Below are positions 21,326-31,775 of a stretch of DNA of 64,000 nucleotides, in pieces; the first letter of the stretch is position 1; each line of letters opens with the position of its first letter. The position numbers were made by a program, and so were the translations under genes. This DNA is from an uncultured delta proteobacterium (lineage in GTDB: Bacteria; Desulfobacterota; Desulfuromonadia; Geobacterales; Pseudopelobacteraceae). The stretch lies in the NCBI GenBank assembly GCA_963772835.1, contig CAVYYZ010000011.1, positions 288,001 to 352,000 on the forward strand. Direction: 5' to 3'. The notes beneath the pieces are model-generated. The model made no database searches and was not told where the DNA came from. It saw nothing but the letters and a program-made list of their open reading frames with translations.

Positions 21326-22507
21326 TCAGGATCGGTAGTCGGCGTTTATACTGATGTATTCATGTGTCAAATCCGAGGTGTACACGGTGGCGCACCCGCT
21401 CCCTGCACCCAGACCAACGGAAACGGCAAATTCCATCTTTTTGAGAACTTCTGAACCACGGACTTCAGCATCTTCGCCTGCAAAAATGCCGTTTCTTGCC
21501 ATACAGACATCATCAAAATGCAGTGACAGCATTGACTGATCTACTTCGGCACCGGAGTAACCGACTGCTGCAAAGATCCTCCCCCAGTTGGCATCCTGAC
21601 CGAAAAAAGCCGTCTTAACCAGGCTTGAGTTAGCAATGGCCATAGCGGCCCGCTTCGCATCTGAATCGGTTTTGGCTCCGCTGACCCGAATTTCGACAAA
21701 CTTTGTTGCACCTTCTCCATCTTTCACTATCTGTTTGGCCAGTGAAAGCAGAACGTCATTCAAGATTGCAGAAAAAACCTTTCCTTCGGATGAATCTGCC
21801 ATGATGACCGGATTTCCCGACATCCCGTTAGCCATAATCAGGCATGTGTCATTAGTTGACATGTCGCCATCAACTGTGATGGCATTAAAAGATGTGTCAA
21901 TGGCACGGCGGAAAGTCTTCTGCATAAATGCCGGTTCTACGGCGGCATCTGTGAGGATGAAAGAGAGCATGGTAGCCATGTTGGGCATTATCATGCCGGC
22001 TCCTTTTGCAATGCCTGCCACGGTATACCTGACTCCTCCGGATTCTCCGCTTTCGGATGCCATTTTCGGGAAGGTGTCAGTTGTCATGATGGCCTGTGCA
22101 ACGTCGTCCAGAGTACCGGAGCCGAGACCATCAATCAGGGCAGGGATACTGACCCGAATCCTCTCCATCGGCATCTGCACGCCAATCACGCCGGTTGAAC
22201 AGATTTGGACTGCACCGGGATCTATACCAAGCTCGCGTGCAGCCAAACGAGTTGTCTCCCGAGATACCTCCATTCCAGGTTCACCGGTACAGGCGTTGGC
22301 ATTGCCGCTGTTAACAATCAGCGCCTGTGCGAATCCTCCCGCGATATGTTCTCGGGATACCAGTACCGGGGCAGCCTTGACGGTACTGGTGGTAAAAACA
22401 GCAGCAGCCGTGGCAGGTACTTCTGAAAATATAAGCCCCAGATCTTTGCGCCCTGGTTTCTTAATGGCGGCTTCAACCGTTGAAAAGCGAAATCCCTTGA
22501 TGTCCAT
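21326..22507 (-). CDS. argJ: Bifunctional ornithine acetyltransferase/N-acetylglutamate synthase
   Basis: NSGNANACTG, STGVIG, MTTDT, KGAGMIMPNMATML, DGDMSTND, DGEGATK. Confidence 0.97.
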   Translation of the reverse strand: MDIKGFRFSTVEAAIKKPGRKDLGLIFSEVPATAAAVFTTSTVKAAPVLVSREHIAGGFAQALIVNSGNANACTGEPGMEVSRETTRLAARELGIDPGAVQICSTGVIGVQMPMERIRVSIPALIDGLGSGTLDDVAQAIMTTDTFPKMASESGESGGVRYTVAGIAKGAGMIMPNMATMLSFILTDAAVEPAFMQKTFRRAIDTSFNAITVDGDMSTNDTCLIMANGMSGNPVIMADSSEGKVFSAILNDVLLSLAKQIVKDGEGATKFVEIRVSGAKTDSDAKRAAMAIANSSLVKTAFFGQDANWGRIFAAVGYSGAEVDQSMLSLHFDDVCMARNGIFAGEDAEVRGSEVLKKMEFAVSVGLGAGSGCATVYTSDLTHEYISINADYRS

Positions 22508-22630
22508 ATAAACCTCGATACCCTCGGATATGCGGAGACACAGAGAATATATATCCGGTAGTTAAAATAATGTTCAGCCGGTTTGTTGTTATACCTTCTT
22601 AATGACCCGGTATTTCAGGAAATAATGATA

Positions 22631-25324
22631 TTATTTTCCGCAGCACTTCTTGTATTTTTTGCCGCTTCCACACGGGCAGGCATCGTTTCGTCCCGCTATT
22701 TTCTGGCTTTTTGCCGGTTCCTGGGCCCGTTCTTCACCGCTTCCCAGATTAAATACCAGCTTCTTGTTTTGCATTTCCTCTTCCATCGCCTCGATTTCTT
22801 CTCCATCGTTATTTATCTGTACCCAAAAAACACGTTCTACAACCTCTTCACGAATACGGACTATCAGTTCCATAAAAAGGTTATAGGCTTCTTTTTTGTA
22901 TTCCTGTTTGGGATCTTTCTGCCCATAACCACGGAGGCCGATACCTTCCTTGAGGTGGTCGATGTTCAGCAGGTGATCCTTCCAATGAGTGTCAATGGCC
23001 TGCAGCATCATGACTTTGATGAGATGGTCGATAAGTTCGTCACCCATTTCATCCACCCGAGCAGTAAAGACGGCATGAGCCTGCTCGTATAGTGTGTCAC
23101 GAAAGTTGATTGGAGTCAGTCGGCCGACCATCTCCTGTGGCAGATCGAGTTGAAGGTTAAAGGATTTGTAGACGCTTTCACTGATCCCCTGCCATTCCCA
23201 TTCATGCGGCGGAACCTTGTCAATTGCGAACGCCGAGACAATATCCTCTATCGTCTCGTCCAGCATTTCCAGAAAACTTTCACGAATATCCTGGCCGCCA
23301 AGAATTTCACGACGCTGACTGTAAATGACTTCGCGCTGCTTGTTCATGACATCGTCATATTCAATGAGATGCTTTCGGATGTCGAAGTTATGCGCCTCGA
23401 CTTTTTTCTGGGCATTTTCTATCGACCGTGAAATCATGCCGTGAGTAATTGCCTCTCCTTCCTCGATTTTAAGAAGGTCCATGATTTTAGAAACGCGCTC
23501 AGATCCAAAAATACGCAATAAATCATCTTCAAGTGACAGGTAAAACTTTGAAGAACCGGGATCACCCTGACGTCCGGAGCGGCCGCGAAGCTGGTTGTCA
23601 ATGCGGCGTGACTCATGCCGTTCTGTCCCGAGGATGTGGAGTCCGCCGAGTTTGATCACTTCATCATGTTCGGCAAGACATTCACTCTTGTATGAGGCAA
23701 GAACAGTTTCATACTGCTCTTCGGTGGCTTCCGGATTTGACCGTTGCCACTGTTTGGCCAGAGCATCAGGGTTACCCCCCAGCACAATGTCTGTGCCGCG
23801 CCCAGCCATGTTGGTGGCGATCGTTATGGAACCTTTTCGACCGGCCTGGGATACGATCTCCGCCTCCCGTTCATGCTGCTTGGCATTCAGCACGTTGTGA
23901 GGAACGCCCTGTCGTTTCAGCAGTTCTGCCAGAACTTCCGACTTTTCGATCGAAATGGTTCCAACAAGACAGGGTTGACCGGTAGCGTAATGATCTTTTA
24001 TGTCCTCGATAACCGCTTTGAACTTCTCCATTTCGGTTTTGTAAATTACATCCGGAAAATCCGGTCGTACAAGCGGCCGATTCGTTGGTATAACACATAC
24101 TTCAAGTTTGTATATTTTATGAAATTCCTCTGCTTCAGTATCAGCTGTCCCGGTCATGCCGGATAGTTTGCTGTACATGCGGAAATAGTTCTGAAAGGTA
24201 ATTGTCGCCAGAGTCTGGTTTTCATTTTCTATCTTTACCCCTTCCTTTGCCTCGATCGCCTGATGGAGCCCGTCAGACCAGCGGCGACCGGGCATGAGGC
24301 GGCCGGTAAACTCATCAACAATAAGCACTTCCCCATCTTTTACCACATAGTCCACATCAAGCTTGTACATGGCATGAGCGCGCAAGGCCTGATTGACATG
24401 ATGGAGTATCTCTATATTACGGGGATCGTACAGGTTGTCTATCTTCAGAAGTTTTTCTACTTTCAGAACACCTTGTTCAGTCAAGGTTGCGCTTTTGGCT
24501 TTTTCATCAATAGTGAAATCCCCGGTATATTCCTTTCGCTTGCCTGAAAGAGTATTGGCCTCAACTTCAAGGACTTCACCTTTTTCCAGTTTTGGAATGA
24601 TGGCATTAATAATGTAATATTTGTCGGTTGAATCTTCCGTCGGGCCGGAAATAATCAGTGGAGTGCGGGCCTCGTCGATGAGAATAGAGTCTACTTCGTC
24701 CACGATAGAGTAGTTAAAACCGCGCTGAACGTAGTCATCAAGGTTAAACTTCATATTATCACGCAAATAATCGAAGCCAAATTCGTTGTTTGTTCCATAT
24801 GTAATATCGGCAGCATAGTTCATGCGTCGCTGGTCATCTTCAACACCATGAACGATGATCCCTACCGTCAATCCGAGGAAATTGTACAGGCGCCCCATCC
24901 ATTCGGAGTCACGCTTTGCCAGATAATCATTGACGGTTACAACGTGAACCCCCTTGCCGGAAATTGCATTTAGGTAGGCGGGGAGGGTGGCCACCAGAGT
25001 TTTCCCCTCGCCGGTTTTCATTTCGGCAATTTTGCCAGCATGCAGTACCATTCCGCCAATCAACTGAACATCAAAATGACGCATGCCGAGAACTCGTTTA
25101 CCCGCTTCGCGGCAGACGGCAAATGCTTCAGGTAACAATGAATCTAGAGATTCCCCCTTTGCGCACCTCTCCTTGAATTCCACGGTCTTATTGGTAAGTT
25201 GTGCGTCTGAAAGTGCCGAGGTGGAAGCTTCAAGGGCATTTATTTTTGAAACAACCGGCCACATTTTTTTTATTTCGCGTTCGTTCTTGCTACCGATAAA
25301 CTTTTTCAAAAGGGAACTGAACAT
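22631..25324 (-). CDS. secA: Preprotein translocase ATPase SecA
   Basis: [36 protein letters not shown]-terminal [13 protein letters not shown]. Confidence 0.99.
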   Translation of the reverse strand: MFSSLLKKFIGSKNEREIKKMWPVVSKINALEASTSALSDAQLTNKTVEFKERCAKGESLDSLLPEAFAVCREAGKRVLGMRHFDVQLIGGMVLHAGKIAEMKTGEGKTLVATLPAYLNAISGKGVHVVTVNDYLAKRDSEWMGRLYNFLGLTVGIIVHGVEDDQRRMNYAADITYGTNNEFGFDYLRDNMKFNLDDYVQRGFNYSIVDEVDSILIDEARTPLIISGPTEDSTDKYYIINAIIPKLEKGEVLEVEANTLSGKRKEYTGDFTIDEKAKSATLTEQGVLKVEKLLKIDNLYDPRNIEILHHVNQALRAHAMYKLDVDYVVKDGEVLIVDEFTGRLMPGRRWSDGLHQAIEAKEGVKIENENQTLATITFQNYFRMYSKLSGMTGTADTEAEEFHKIYKLEVCVIPTNRPLVRPDFPDVIYKTEMEKFKAVIEDIKDHYATGQPCLVGTISIEKSEVLAELLKRQGVPHNVLNAKQHEREAEIVSQAGRKGSITIATNMAGRGTDIVLGGNPDALAKQWQRSNPEATEEQYETVLASYKSECLAEHDEVIKLGGLHILGTERHESRRIDNQLRGRSGRQGDPGSSKFYLSLEDDLLRIFGSERVSKIMDLLKIEEGEAITHGMISRSIENAQKKVEAHNFDIRKHLIEYDDVMNKQREVIYSQRREILGGQDIRESFLEMLDETIEDIVSAFAIDKVPPHEWEWQGISESVYKSFNLQLDLPQEMVGRLTPINFRDTLYEQAHAVFTARVDEMGDELIDHLIKVMMLQAIDTHWKDHLLNIDHLKEGIGLRGYGQKDPKQEYKKEAYNLFMELIVRIREEVVERVFWVQINNDGEEIEAMEEEMQNKKLVFNLGSGEERAQEPAKSQKIAGRNDACPCGSGKKYKKCCGK

Positions 25325-25454
25325 GTGATTATCTCCCGAAGGTTTAAATAAGTGGAAACAACATTAATCACTACCATATATCGTTAATATTTGCCATAAG
25401 GCTTTGCTTTCTCCGTCGCGTGTGGTGCCGATGAAGCCCGCAGTATCGAAACAG

Positions 25455-26549
25455 TTAGACATTAAACCGGAAATGCATAACGTCGCCATCCTTAACGACA
25501 TACTCTTTTCCTTCCAATCTCATCAATCCCTTTTCTTTAGCCCCGGATTCTCCCGAGCAGGATATGAAATCGTTAAAACTGATTACTTCGGCACGAATGA
25601 ACCCCTTTTCGAAATCCGAGTGAATCACGCCGGCCGCTTGCGGCGCCTTGGTGTTCTTGACGATTGTCCAGGCGCGAACCTCCTTGACACCTGCGGTGAA
25701 ATAAGTAATGAGACCTAATAACGCATATCCGCTGCGAATGAGACGGTCAAGACCTGCTTCCTCAAGGCCCATATCATCTAGAAAAGCCTGTTTTTCCGGA
25801 GTATCAAGCTCCGCAATTTCGGCCTCCAGTTTTCCGCAGATAACTACTACACCGGCTCCTTCGGCAGAGGCAATGTTCCGAACCGTGGCAACGTTGGGGT
25901 GACTGCCTTCCAGGTCATCTTCAGCTACGTTGGCAACATACAGTACCGGTTTGTCGGTCAGAAGGTGAAGGTCGCGCATCCAGATTTTCTCGTCCTCATT
26001 CTGGGCGATACCCTGAAGTTTTTTGACCTGTTCGAGAAGAGCCCGAACCCGTAGATATAAATCCACTTCTTCCTTGGCTTTAATGTCACCGCTACGAGCC
26101 ATTTTTTCAGCCCGCTGTAATTTCTTTTCGATGGTGTCAAGGTCTGCAAGAGCGAGTTCGGTGTTTATGACCTCTATGTCATCGGCGGGTGAGACTCGTC
26201 CATTCACATGGACGACATTGTCGTCATCGAAACAGCGTACAACATGCACTATCGCATCAACACTGCGAATATGGCCCAGAAACTGGTTTCCGAGACCCTC
26301 TCCCTGACTTGCACCTTTGACAAGGCCGGCTATATCGACAAATTCAATAGTCGTAGGTTGTATTTTCTGTGGGTTAACGATCGCGGATAATTTGTCCATT
26401 CGGGGGTCGGGTACCTGAACGATCCCGATATTTGGTTCAATTGTACAAAACGGATAATTTGCAGATTCGGCACCTGCTGATGTGAGAGCATTAAAGATGG
26501 TAGATTTGCCGACATTCGGCAGCCCGACAATTCCGCAGTTAAAACCCAT
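25455..26549 (-). CDS. ychF: Ribosome-binding ATPase YchF
   Basis: [32 protein letters not shown] domain. Confidence 0.98.
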   Translation of the reverse strand: MGFNCGIVGLPNVGKSTIFNALTSAGAESANYPFCTIEPNIGIVQVPDPRMDKLSAIVNPQKIQPTTIEFVDIAGLVKGASQGEGLGNQFLGHIRSVDAIVHVVRCFDDDNVVHVNGRVSPADDIEVINTELALADLDTIEKKLQRAEKMARSGDIKAKEEVDLYLRVRALLEQVKKLQGIAQNEDEKIWMRDLHLLTDKPVLYVANVAEDDLEGSHPNVATVRNIASAEGAGVVVICGKLEAEIAELDTPEKQAFLDDMGLEEAGLDRLIRSGYALLGLITYFTAGVKEVRAWTIVKNTKAPQAAGVIHSDFEKGFIRAEVISFNDFISCSGESGAKEKGLMRLEGKEYVVKDGDVMHFRFNV

Positions 26550-26553
26550 GGCA

Positions 26554-27141
26554 CTATTCCTCTAAAAAATTATTATTATTGAAAAGACTCATCGACTTAG
26601 GAAGTCCTTCTTTAAGCATTACTTCGATCATTTCTTTGCCACCATCAAGAATTCTGGTCAAGACTTGCATCTGTTCTGGAGGAATTTTTCCCAATACATG
26701 ACCGGTCGTGTCCCTTTCTGCAGATTTCCCGATACCTATGCGAAGACGTGTAAAGTCTCCTTTTCCAAGGTTTTCCATTATGGAGCGCAAACCATTGTGT
26801 CCACCATGACCTCCGCTCTGCTTGAAACGGACAACTCCAAACGGAAGATCGAGTTCATCATGGATGACAATGAGATTTGAAATCGGCAGTTTGTGGAATT
26901 GGAGAGCCTGCATGATTGAGATTCCTGACAGATTCATGAACGTCTGCGGTTTAAGCAGAATCAGGCGGTTACCGGAAAAATTCCATTCACCGCAAAAACC
27001 TGAAAAAGATTTCTTTGAAATAGAAATATTTTCCAGGTAAGCAAGGCGATCCAAAAAAAGAAAACCCGCATTATGGCGGGTCCACTGATAAGTGGGGCCG
27101 GGATTGCCCAGCCCCGCAATTATATAGGTATTCATACTCAA
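26554..27141 (-). CDS. pth: Peptidyl-tRNA hydrolase
   Basis: [34 protein letters not shown]. Confidence 0.97.
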   Translation of the reverse strand: MSMNTYIIAGLGNPGPTYQWTRHNAGFLFLDRLAYLENISISKKSFSGFCGEWNFSGNRLILLKPQTFMNLSGISIMQALQFHKLPISNLIVIHDELDLPFGVVRFKQSGGHGGHNGLRSIMENLGKGDFTRLRIGIGKSAERDTTGHVLGKIPPEQMQVLTRILDGGKEMIEVMLKEGLPKSMSLFNNNNFLEE

Positions 27142-27152
27142 TAGTTATTCTG

Positions 27153-27740
27153 CTATTCGGCTGCCGGTGCTTCTTCTTCTTTGATTCTTCCAAGAACGCT
27201 GACTACAGGAATCTTGGGTTGGTCAAGAATAACAATACCTTCAGGCAGAAGAATGTCGCAGACATGTATCGAGTGGGCCACTTTAAGATCAGTTACATCG
27301 ATAACAATGCTGTCCGGGATGTTTCCCGGCAAACATTCTATGTGCAGTTCATGATGAGCCAGATCGAGCAGTCCACCTTCTTTAACACCGATTGCAGTGC
27401 CCGTCAGAACGACAGGAACGGTAATGCGGAGTTTTTCATTCGGATTGATGCGGTGGAGATCAACGTGCTTAAAAGTACGCTTGATCGGATCACGCTGAAT
27501 ATCTGCAACGATTGCAATATTCTGATCGAGGTTTCCGCCTCCAATCAGAGTGATCAGGTTGTTCTGTCCTCCGGCACCGGAAATGGCATCCTGTAGATCA
27601 CGCATTTTTATGCTGACCGTCACCGGGTCGAGTCCTTTGCCGTAAACAACGCCAGGAACCATATCAATCATGCGAAGTCTTCGGCTTACACCGGTACCGG
27701 TCTTTGTGCGTAGTTCAATATTCATTTGTTTCTGTTGCAT
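27153..27740 (-). CDS. rplY: 50S ribosomal protein L25/Ctc
   Basis: VPGVVYG, QRDPIK..HVDL, GVKEGG; located in prs-rplY-pth-ychF order. Confidence 0.95.
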   Translation of the reverse strand: MQQKQMNIELRTKTGTGVSRRLRMIDMVPGVVYGKGLDPVTVSIKMRDLQDAISGAGGQNNLITLIGGGNLDQNIAIVADIQRDPIKRTFKHVDLHRINPNEKLRITVPVVLTGTAIGVKEGGLLDLAHHELHIECLPGNIPDSIVIDVTDLKVAHSIHVCDILLPEGIVILDQPKIPVVSVLGRIKEEEAPAAE

Positions 27741-27795
27741 ACGTTCCTCCACGTGTAGTGACGGGTCAATCCGCCCTATTCAAAATAAATATATT

Positions 27796-28740
27796 TTATA
27801 CAAACAGTGAACTTACTGACTCATCCTCATGAATGCGCCTGATTGCTTCGGCCAACAGGCCAGCAACAGAAAGCATTCTGATTTTTGAAGATCCATTATC
27901 ACCGGTTATTGCAGGTATTGTATCAGTTAAAACTATTTCTTCAATGTCAGAAGCATTGATCCGCTCAATAGCAGGACCAGACAGCACTCCATGTGTGGCA
28001 CAGGCATAGATTGCTTTGGCGCCATTTGCCTTGAGTGCTTTAGCCGCTTGCGTAAGTGTCCCGGCCGTATCAATCATATCATCTAGGATAATTGCAATTT
28101 TATCACGAACATCGCCGATCAGGTGCATTACTTCAGCCACATTAGGTCCGGTCCGGCGTTTGTCAATTACGGCAAGAGAGTATTGAAGTCGCTTGGCGAA
28201 TGCCCGGGCTCTCTCCGTACCTCCGGCATCCGGGGAAACCATGACTACTTGTTCGCCGCTGAATCGGTCTTTAAGATAATCGAGAATAACCGGAGCTGCG
28301 TATAGGTTGTCAACCGGGATATTGAAGAATCCCTGGATTTGCCCAGCGTGAAGGTCAATGGTGACAACTCTGCTGACTCCGGCCGTTGTGATCAGGTCCG
28401 CAACGAGTTTGGCGGTGATCGGAGTCCGTGGAGCTGCTTTGCGATCCTGGCGGGCGTAGCCGTAATAGGGGATTACAGCGGTAATGGTTGCTGCTGATGC
28501 CCGCTTCAAGGCATCAGTAATAACCAGAAGTTCCATCAGGTTGTCATTGGTCGGTGCACAGGTTGATTGGACAATATACACATCCCGCCCGCGTACATTC
28601 TCGCCGATCTCAACCATGACTTCGCCATCTGAGAATCTCCGTACCCGTGCTGCACCTAGAGGTACACCCAGGCTGTCGCATATTCTTTGAGCGAGATCAG
28701 GATTCGAGTTGCCGGAAAATATCTTTATTTTTTCATACAT
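27796..28740 (-). CDS. prs: Ribose-phosphate pyrophosphokinase
   Basis: [43 protein letters not shown]; start MYEKIKIF at 28740. Confidence 0.98.
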   Translation of the reverse strand: MYEKIKIFSGNSNPDLAQRICDSLGVPLGAARVRRFSDGEVMVEIGENVRGRDVYIVQSTCAPTNDNLMELLVITDALKRASAATITAVIPYYGYARQDRKAAPRTPITAKLVADLITTAGVSRVVTIDLHAGQIQGFFNIPVDNLYAAPVILDYLKDRFSGEQVVMVSPDAGGTERARAFAKRLQYSLAVIDKRRTGPNVAEVMHLIGDVRDKIAIILDDMIDTAGTLTQAAKALKANGAKAIYACATHGVLSGPAIERINASDIEEIVLTDTIPAITGDNGSSKIRMLSVAGLLAEAIRRIHEDESVSSLFV

Positions 28741-28883
28741 GGTGTTCGAACACCTTTCGAAATTGGAGCAGAGTGATAAGCTGTGCGCTAAATAAAAGAG
28801 AGATATACTAAAAAAAACACTGAAATGCAACTTCTTTCGACTTGCTCTGTTAAAGATGGATGGAGAAATTTCTGTCTCTACCG

Positions 28884-30725
28884 TCAGTATTTCTCAATAA
28901 TTCCTTCCTGCAGAGCGAATAAAAGAAATTCATTGACTTCTGCTTTGGTTAATTCCGTTCCGGATACGATGATTCTGCCGTCACCATTTTGAATCTGTTT
29001 CAACAAATTTATGTAGGGAGTCGCCAGTGTTTCTGTATGAACGGCTCTGTCATTACTATAGATAACTGCCTGAGAGCCGGATTGGCAAAGATTCTTGGTC
29101 ATCCAGGATATGCGAGGTTCTCCGCATTCGAGTAATTCTTCTATGTCATACGTAAATTCGACAATACGGACTGAAGAAATAAGTCTGAAGCGGGCATCAC
29201 ACCAGTTGTCAGATGTCAGAGTATCTGCGTGTGTATCCGGTGCAGGAGCGAGTAGTACTGAGGAATAATGATAGTGATAATTTAGGAGGTCAAACACAAG
29301 GGGCAGAAACTGATTCAGTTTTTTGAGGTTAAAAATATGTTTCAGAAAAAGCTGCTGCATTTTCCAGATGTCATCATCACGTAAATCTGACTCTTTCGTG
29401 TCTTTTCCCCGGGCTTCAATCAGCCAGAGGCTAAACTTCTGTAATACATCTGCCGGCTTCATTCTAAGAGCGGCAGCTACGGCGTTAAACCACGCAACCG
29501 CTTTGCCCCGCGTATAAAAAATATCACATGCCGCAGCAAGTTCAGAAGCTGCGGCCATGTCTGCCGTACTGAAACTGTCGGTCGCCTCCACTATATAGGG
29601 GGGGGTATTGACCCATTGTATATGAAGTGCTGTCGCGTGCTTCGCCAGCCGGGTTCCCGGCAGAACTGCCAGTGGAAAAATATCAAGATGATTCGGATAG
29701 AGCGACAGAGCATAATCGAGAGTGTCCCGAAAGCCCTTCAGAGAATCTCCCGGAAGCCCGTAAATCAGGTCAAAACCGAAAACCGCACCGCTTTCGTTAA
29801 GCAGGCCGACCTTTACCGAAAAGTCGGCTTTATCGAATGAACGGCCCACAATCCTGAGAACCACAGGATCGGCGCTTTGCAGTCCAATCTGCAATGAGCA
29901 TGCAATTCGGGCGAAGAGCTTCGCCATTTCGCGATCTATAAACTCATTTCGAATCTCAAAATGAAAGTGAATATCAGGTGCATTTTTCTCTATCAACCGC
30001 AGAAGATTTTTTGCACGTTTTGGATTCAAGTTGAAGGTTGAATCAAGCACGAAAATCTGGCTGACTCCGGATGCGGAAAAATGGTGTAATTCTGCTTCCA
30101 GCCTCTCTAAAGAAAACTGACGAACGCCATGAATTCCTCTTGCATCAAAACAAAAGTCACAGGTAAAGCTGCAGCCGCGTGATAATTGCCAGAGAATACC
30201 TGAGTATTTGTGGGAGTCGATCACTCCAGTCAGGTACGGTGACGGGATTGAATCAAGGTCTGTAACAGGGGGAGGGACGGTGAGAACAACTGAACCGGGG
30301 AGCACAACGCCCGGTATTTTCGAATAATCTCTACCATATTCAAGCGCTTGACAAAATGATGAAAAAGGGACCTCACCTTCCCCTATAATGATAAAGTTGA
30401 AAATCTCCAGGTTTAAAAAAGATTCGGGATCCGCGGTGACTTCAGGCCCCCCGCAAAACAGGATGACAGCAGGATTATTACGCCGTAATTCTGCTGCAAT
30501 TTCACAACTGAATGTGCGATTCCAGAGATATATTGAAAAACCGACTGCAACCGGGGGAGGCTCAACAAGTTTCGCAGCGCATGTTGATACCTCTTCTCCA
30601 AGAAAAAAATCAACCAGATTGATACTAACGGCGCTCTTCAGCGCATACGCTTTCAGGAACGCGTTCGCCAGTGGAATTGATTGCGGCGAAGGGCATGGGT
30701 GAATCGAAACAAGATTGATCATCAT
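28884..30725 (-). CDS. B12-binding radical SAM enzyme (class B methyltransferase-like) with C-terminal extension
   Basis: [20 protein letters not shown]12-binding domain; [25 protein letters not shown]. Confidence 0.9.
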   Translation of the reverse strand: MMINLVSIHPCPSPQSIPLANAFLKAYALKSAVSINLVDFFLGEEVSTCAAKLVEPPPVAVGFSIYLWNRTFSCEIAAELRRNNPAVILFCGGPEVTADPESFLNLEIFNFIIIGEGEVPFSSFCQALEYGRDYSKIPGVVLPGSVVLTVPPPVTDLDSIPSPYLTGVIDSHKYSGILWQLSRGCSFTCDFCFDARGIHGVRQFSLERLEAELHHFSASGVSQIFVLDSTFNLNPKRAKNLLRLIEKNAPDIHFHFEIRNEFIDREMAKLFARIACSLQIGLQSADPVVLRIVGRSFDKADFSVKVGLLNESGAVFGFDLIYGLPGDSLKGFRDTLDYALSLYPNHLDIFPLAVLPGTRLAKHATALHIQWVNTPPYIVEATDSFSTADMAAASELAAACDIFYTRGKAVAWFNAVAAALRMKPADVLQKFSLWLIEARGKDTKESDLRDDDIWKMQQLFLKHIFNLKKLNQFLPLVFDLLNYHYHYSSVLLAPAPDTHADTLTSDNWCDARFRLISSVRIVEFTYDIEELLECGEPRISWMTKNLCQSGSQAVIYSNDRAVHTETLATPYINLLKQIQNGDGRIIVSGTELTKAEVNEFLLFALQEGIIEKY

Positions 30726-30736
30726 GCCGCCTTACC

Positions 30737-31738
30737 TCATATTTCGGGCTGATTCTGACGCTTTTTGCCATGTTTCGGAGGAATTCTGTTGAAAGAAAGC
30801 ATCGTATGAGCAACGCATCCCCCGCTGCACTGTCTCCTGCGAAGATAGCCGCAATCCATACATTCCGGCATGCAGCCGAATTGTTTATATGGAAGGAGTT
30901 GACTGGTATAGTATTCGTCAAGTTCCTTAATGTCTTTAAACTCATCCAGGCGTGTATTGAGGACTCCCGACAACGGGAAACAATTCCATACATCGAGGTT
31001 AGGACCAATATCCATGACCGGTTTGCATACACTGTTAAACCCCTGTGTTGATGTGATTATTCCACCAAGTTCCTCTTCAGAGAACATGCACATAGTCATT
31101 CCGCAGTCAAAACCTATCATGATGTCCCGCTCAATAAGGTTTCTGGCCATGGCAAGAATTGCTGTTCCGATTGTTTTGTAATTACCCACCGGCAGATACT
31201 CATTGGAAACACCGACAATAGGCTGAGCAATTCCGACCCGAAGCTGTCTGCCGAGCTGATGCCTTTCGATAGTGTCTATAAGATACTGGTACTCAATGTC
31301 TTCCGAAGTCACTGTGATGCCCAGTTTTCCTTTGTGGCCAATCTTGCTTAGAAAATACTCCACATCTCCTTTTTGAGCTTCTGTAAGGGTCGCCTGTGGC
31401 GATACATTACACAACGCGGAAAACTGCTCTGGTGTAAGGTCGCCTAAATAATCGGCAATCTCGCGTGTCATCATGCCATTTGTAAAAATGTGAACATGAA
31501 ATTTTCGTTCCAGTGCCTCCTTGACGATTTCAACAAACTGCGGATGCTGTGTCGGTTCTCCTCCGAGGAGCCGCAGGTTCTTGTCATTAGAGCGATCCAG
31601 AAAATCCATTACATAGCGGATATTTTCCATTGACATATGCATGGTCGAACCTTCCTGAGCGCCGTCACCGAGGCGTTGGCGGGCAAAACAGAAAGTACAG
31701 GCTCGATAACAGACATTGGTAATCAGAATATTTGGCAT
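30737..31738 (-). CDS. Radical SAM protein with SPASM/twitch-like C-terminal Cys cluster (putative RiPP maturase)
   Basis: ITNVCYRACTFC, LGGEPT; C-terminal CKPVMDIGP..WNC...CMPECMDC.......CSGGC. Confidence 0.88.
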   Translation of the reverse strand: MPNILITNVCYRACTFCFARQRLGDGAQEGSTMHMSMENIRYVMDFLDRSNDKNLRLLGGEPTQHPQFVEIVKEALERKFHVHIFTNGMMTREIADYLGDLTPEQFSALCNVSPQATLTEAQKGDVEYFLSKIGHKGKLGITVTSEDIEYQYLIDTIERHQLGRQLRVGIAQPIVGVSNEYLPVGNYKTIGTAILAMARNLIERDIMIGFDCGMTMCMFSEEELGGIITSTQGFNSVCKPVMDIGPNLDVWNCFPLSGVLNTRLDEFKDIKELDEYYTSQLLPYKQFGCMPECMDCGYLRRRQCSGGCVAHTMLSFNRIPPKHGKKRQNQPEI

Positions 31739-31775
31739 TATATCTCCTTTAAATAGACCGGGTGGTCCCGTTGAA

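Noticed and set aside
21636..22511. 291-aa plus-strand ORF and similar long antisense ORFs (e.g. 53905-54591, 13980-14570)
   Set aside because: These are shadow frames opposite well-supported genes, with no motifs.
28755..28883. att-site duplicate of the tRNA-Gln 3' end at the prs-proximal island border
   Set aside because: No copy of the tRNA 3' sequence was found there, and no integrase is in the window.
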